A stretch of DNA of 63,094 nucleotides, filler included, from Pelomyxa schiedti (lineage: Eukaryota; Protista; Evosea), in NCBI GenBank assembly GCA_020536535.1. It is 15 parts of 15 records of this genome, joined end to end, with 100 filler letters (N's around TTAATTAATTAA, not from the genome) between each part and the next. Parts side by side here need not be neighbours in the genome. Positions count along the whole stretch, not along the records: positions 60,852 to 63,094 come from JAHLWZ010002055.1; 14 more parts are not named here. One strand, given 5' to 3'. The notes under the pieces were generated by a model. That model made no database searches. It was not told the origin of the DNA and worked only from the letters and a program-made list of their open reading frames with translations. Both the position numbers and the translations under genes were made by a program. This document shows positions 60,852 through 63,094 of this stretch, piece by piece; position 1 is the first letter of the stretch; every line of letters starts with the position of its first letter.

Positions 60852-60985
60852 GTCATTGTGGGACATGGCCCCGCAACCGCCACCACCGCGGTGTCTGTCC
60901 CACTTATTGGAGCACGTCGTCCCACAATCGCGGCACAGCACACCGCCATCGCTTGTGCCTTGGCCGTGGTGAGGGTTCGCTTCAT
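60852..60985 (-). CDS. 5' end of a paralog of the 61093 gene
   Basis: MKRTLTTAKAQAMAVCC...MSHND. Confidence 0.55.
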
Positions 60986-61092
60986 CACGCAGCTGATACT
61001 GTTTTCGTTGAAAAACGTCAAAACAGAAGCGAGAAAAAGAGGGAAGAAAGGTGTGATTTATTTTAGTTGATCGCTGGTGGAGTGTGCAGACG

Positions 61093-61979
61093 ATGACTAG
61101 CACCACCACGGCCAAGTCACAAGTGATGGCGGTGTGCAGCACTTGTGATACCAGCGACGGGCGTCCATCCATGTCCCACAATGACGGAGTGGGCGCGGTC
61201 GCCAGCGTTGGTGAGGCAATGACTGGGTCCCCCCCCATTGTGGGATGCTGTGTTCCGTCTCCCAATAGACGGTACAACGTCAGCCAGTCAGCGGCACTTC
61301 TTGTTTGTGAGTGTGTCGCTTACACTTGGTGTGCTGAGCCACTCCTGTTTCGCTTGTGGGATAAATTGTGGTGTGTGCGGGTGCATTGGTGACAACAAGG
61401 TGCTCATGTATGTGCCCAAGAGGCGTTATGACAGAGATGGGCCCGCTGCAGGTCGACCACGTAATCAGGGACACAGCAGCAGCGCCGTGGAACCAACAGA
61501 GTGTTGGTGTGCCTGAGGTCTCGCTGGCACAGTGGGAACAAGTGAGGTTCACAGCGTGCAACAGGAAGTGGATTGTGGGCTGCCAGATCAAGGGCTCTGT
61601 GCTCTACATCCACAGGGTGGTGCGTGGCTCACCCATTGGTGATGATGTCATTCTGAAGTGCAGAGACTTTTCCTGGGGATTTGAGCTTCAGTTCACACCA
61701 CTGGGCAGGGATGTCGTGATGTTGTGTGGCTTGGGTGAGACCACAAACGCACCCTGGGTGTTTGTTGACTTGTGGGAAAGCTTCAACAAGAAAGAGCTGG
61801 TTGTGACATCAAAGATTTTGTACAGGACGAACTGGCCACTTGTTGCCACTGGTGCCACGTGGCTTCCTGATGGATTGGCTTGTATTTTACAGAGTTATCA
61901 TACCACAATTGCTGATGGTGAAAAAGCTTCCTTCATACTTTTCTTCATTACTTTATTTTGTGCTCAAGTTAACATGTAA
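61093..61979 (+). CDS. Lineage-specific beta-rich protein related to the HPRCG family, frameshift near 61380
   Basis: TTAKSQVMAVC...LFRLWDKL, then ACNRKWIV...FVDLWESFNKKELVV (cf. AANHAWLV...VIDVERSFSSQSL at 24585). Confidence 0.55.
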
Positions 61980-62030
61980 AAGGCACATTTAAGGGCACAA
62001 GACTTTGAGTAATACTTCAAGCTTCATAAT

Positions 62031-62202
62031 AACCATTTTGAAGGGTTTATGGAAGTGCACAGCACCAAATCTTCTGAGTTGGGTACTGCCTTCGCAGTGG
62101 CATATATATTTGTCATAAATAAATATATATGCAATTATGAAGGCAGCACTCAACTTAGCAAGATTTGGTGCTGTGCACTTCCATAAACCCCTCAAAATGG
62201 TT
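62031..62202. repeat. 172-bp foldback hairpin (~80-bp arms, ~9-nt loop)
   Basis: aaccattttgaagggtttatggaagtgcacagcaccaaatctt... pairs with ...aagatttggtgctgtgcacttccataaacccctcaaaatggtt. Confidence 0.9.
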
Positions 62203-63094
62203 CCAGACAGCCAAGTGTAAGTAAGCTCACAAAAAAAACACAGGAACTCACCAAGAGAACCCAGGTAGAAAGAGTACATATTATCACTTTGTTTTGAAAT
62301 ATGGAATAATTAGATCAGACATATTTGAAAAGTGGATAAAAAACCATTAATCATAGGCAATGCTGCAGATGCCACTGTCTGCTTCTCAGATTGCCTCAGT
62401 GGTTCGCATTGTTCTACATTTTGTTCTTGTTGTTCTGATTCCTCCAGTTTTGAGGCCTCTAGTTCAGAGTCACAGCCAGGTTCAGAGTCACCTCCTGCCT
62501 TGTCGATCCCTCACCGCTGTCGCCGTCGCCATCCTCCTCATCGTCGTCGTCACTGACCTCGCTCCCCCCGTTTCCCCACACGTGGTGGTCGTGGTTGTGG
62601 TGGAGCCCCCTTCCTCAGGTGGTGGTTCTCCCCCGTCGGTGTGGTCGTGGTCCCCTGTGGGGGAGGATCCTCTCACCACCCCCACTCGAGTCTTCGTCGT
62701 CCCACCACTCACGCTGGGGAGGAGCTGTGGAGGCACAGCGGGGAGCAAACAACCGCAAACCCCACACCAATAACACCACTGAGAAAAAGGAGATTTTCTT
62801 AGTTACTACTCCGGCACTCTGTGGCTACTTCTTGAATTTACGGCGGGTATTTCAGCCTGTAACGTGTCACTTGGGATTTGGTGGGAAAAAGTGCTTGTTT
62901 GCTCAGCCAGGGATTCTCTGGTCAAATCTAACGAATAGCTCGAATACCCCAATTTTATTTATTTATTTTATCTACCCAGTGTCAATGACACACTCACATG
63001 AACAGCGTGACAATTGCCCCTGTTCTCCCAGGTTGTTCCCTCCAGTGGGAGCGTGAAAACGGCGTCCCACAATGGTGGGAGGACCCAGTCCTCC

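Noticed and set aside
1-63094. Prokaryotic systems (CRISPR, operons, defence islands), rRNA or tRNA genes
   Set aside because: None seen; the content is spliceosomal-intron-rich eukaryotic DNA.

Overview
This is not one locus. It is 15 unrelated eukaryotic scaffold pieces joined by artificial 100-bp linkers (N44-TTAATTAATTAA-N44, stops in all six frames). The pieces are 1-1669, 1770-5098, 5199-11839, 11940-13343, 13444-20131, 20232-26206, 26307-29914, 30015-33647, 33748-38778, 38879-41796, 41897-50570, 50671-51763, 51864-57912, 58013-60751 and 60852-63094. Genes are compact and rich in short (~45-90 nt) GT-AG introns, so the ORF track fragments them. The expanded ankyrin-like, HPRCG-motif and MORN-RING families suggest an amoebozoan such as Pelomyxa (inference from recall, not verified). 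Recognisable genes: VPS2/CHMP2, PRCC, Nup50-like, RapGAP, GRIP golgin, SHAQKYF Myb, ELAPOR/KIAA1324-like, HSPA12-like, astacin and a TerD-like protein. Mobile DNA: a decayed hAT transposase and a related deletion derivative, an L1-like relic, and several TA-flanked MITEs. Most interesting observations: (1) an HSPA12-type Hsp70 head-to-head with a coiled-coil protein ending in a GrpE/MIEAP-like domain; (2) a single gene encoding repeat domain + PINK1-like kinase + pseudokinase; (3) a membrane-anchored astacin fused to UBR-box zinc fingers; (4) a GPI-type LRR protein built one repeat per exon; (5) a 1.9-kb inverted-repeat element occupying the whole upstream region of two divergent genes; (6) a candidate structured ncRNA. 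Intron-exon models were worked out by eye and many coordinates are approximate.
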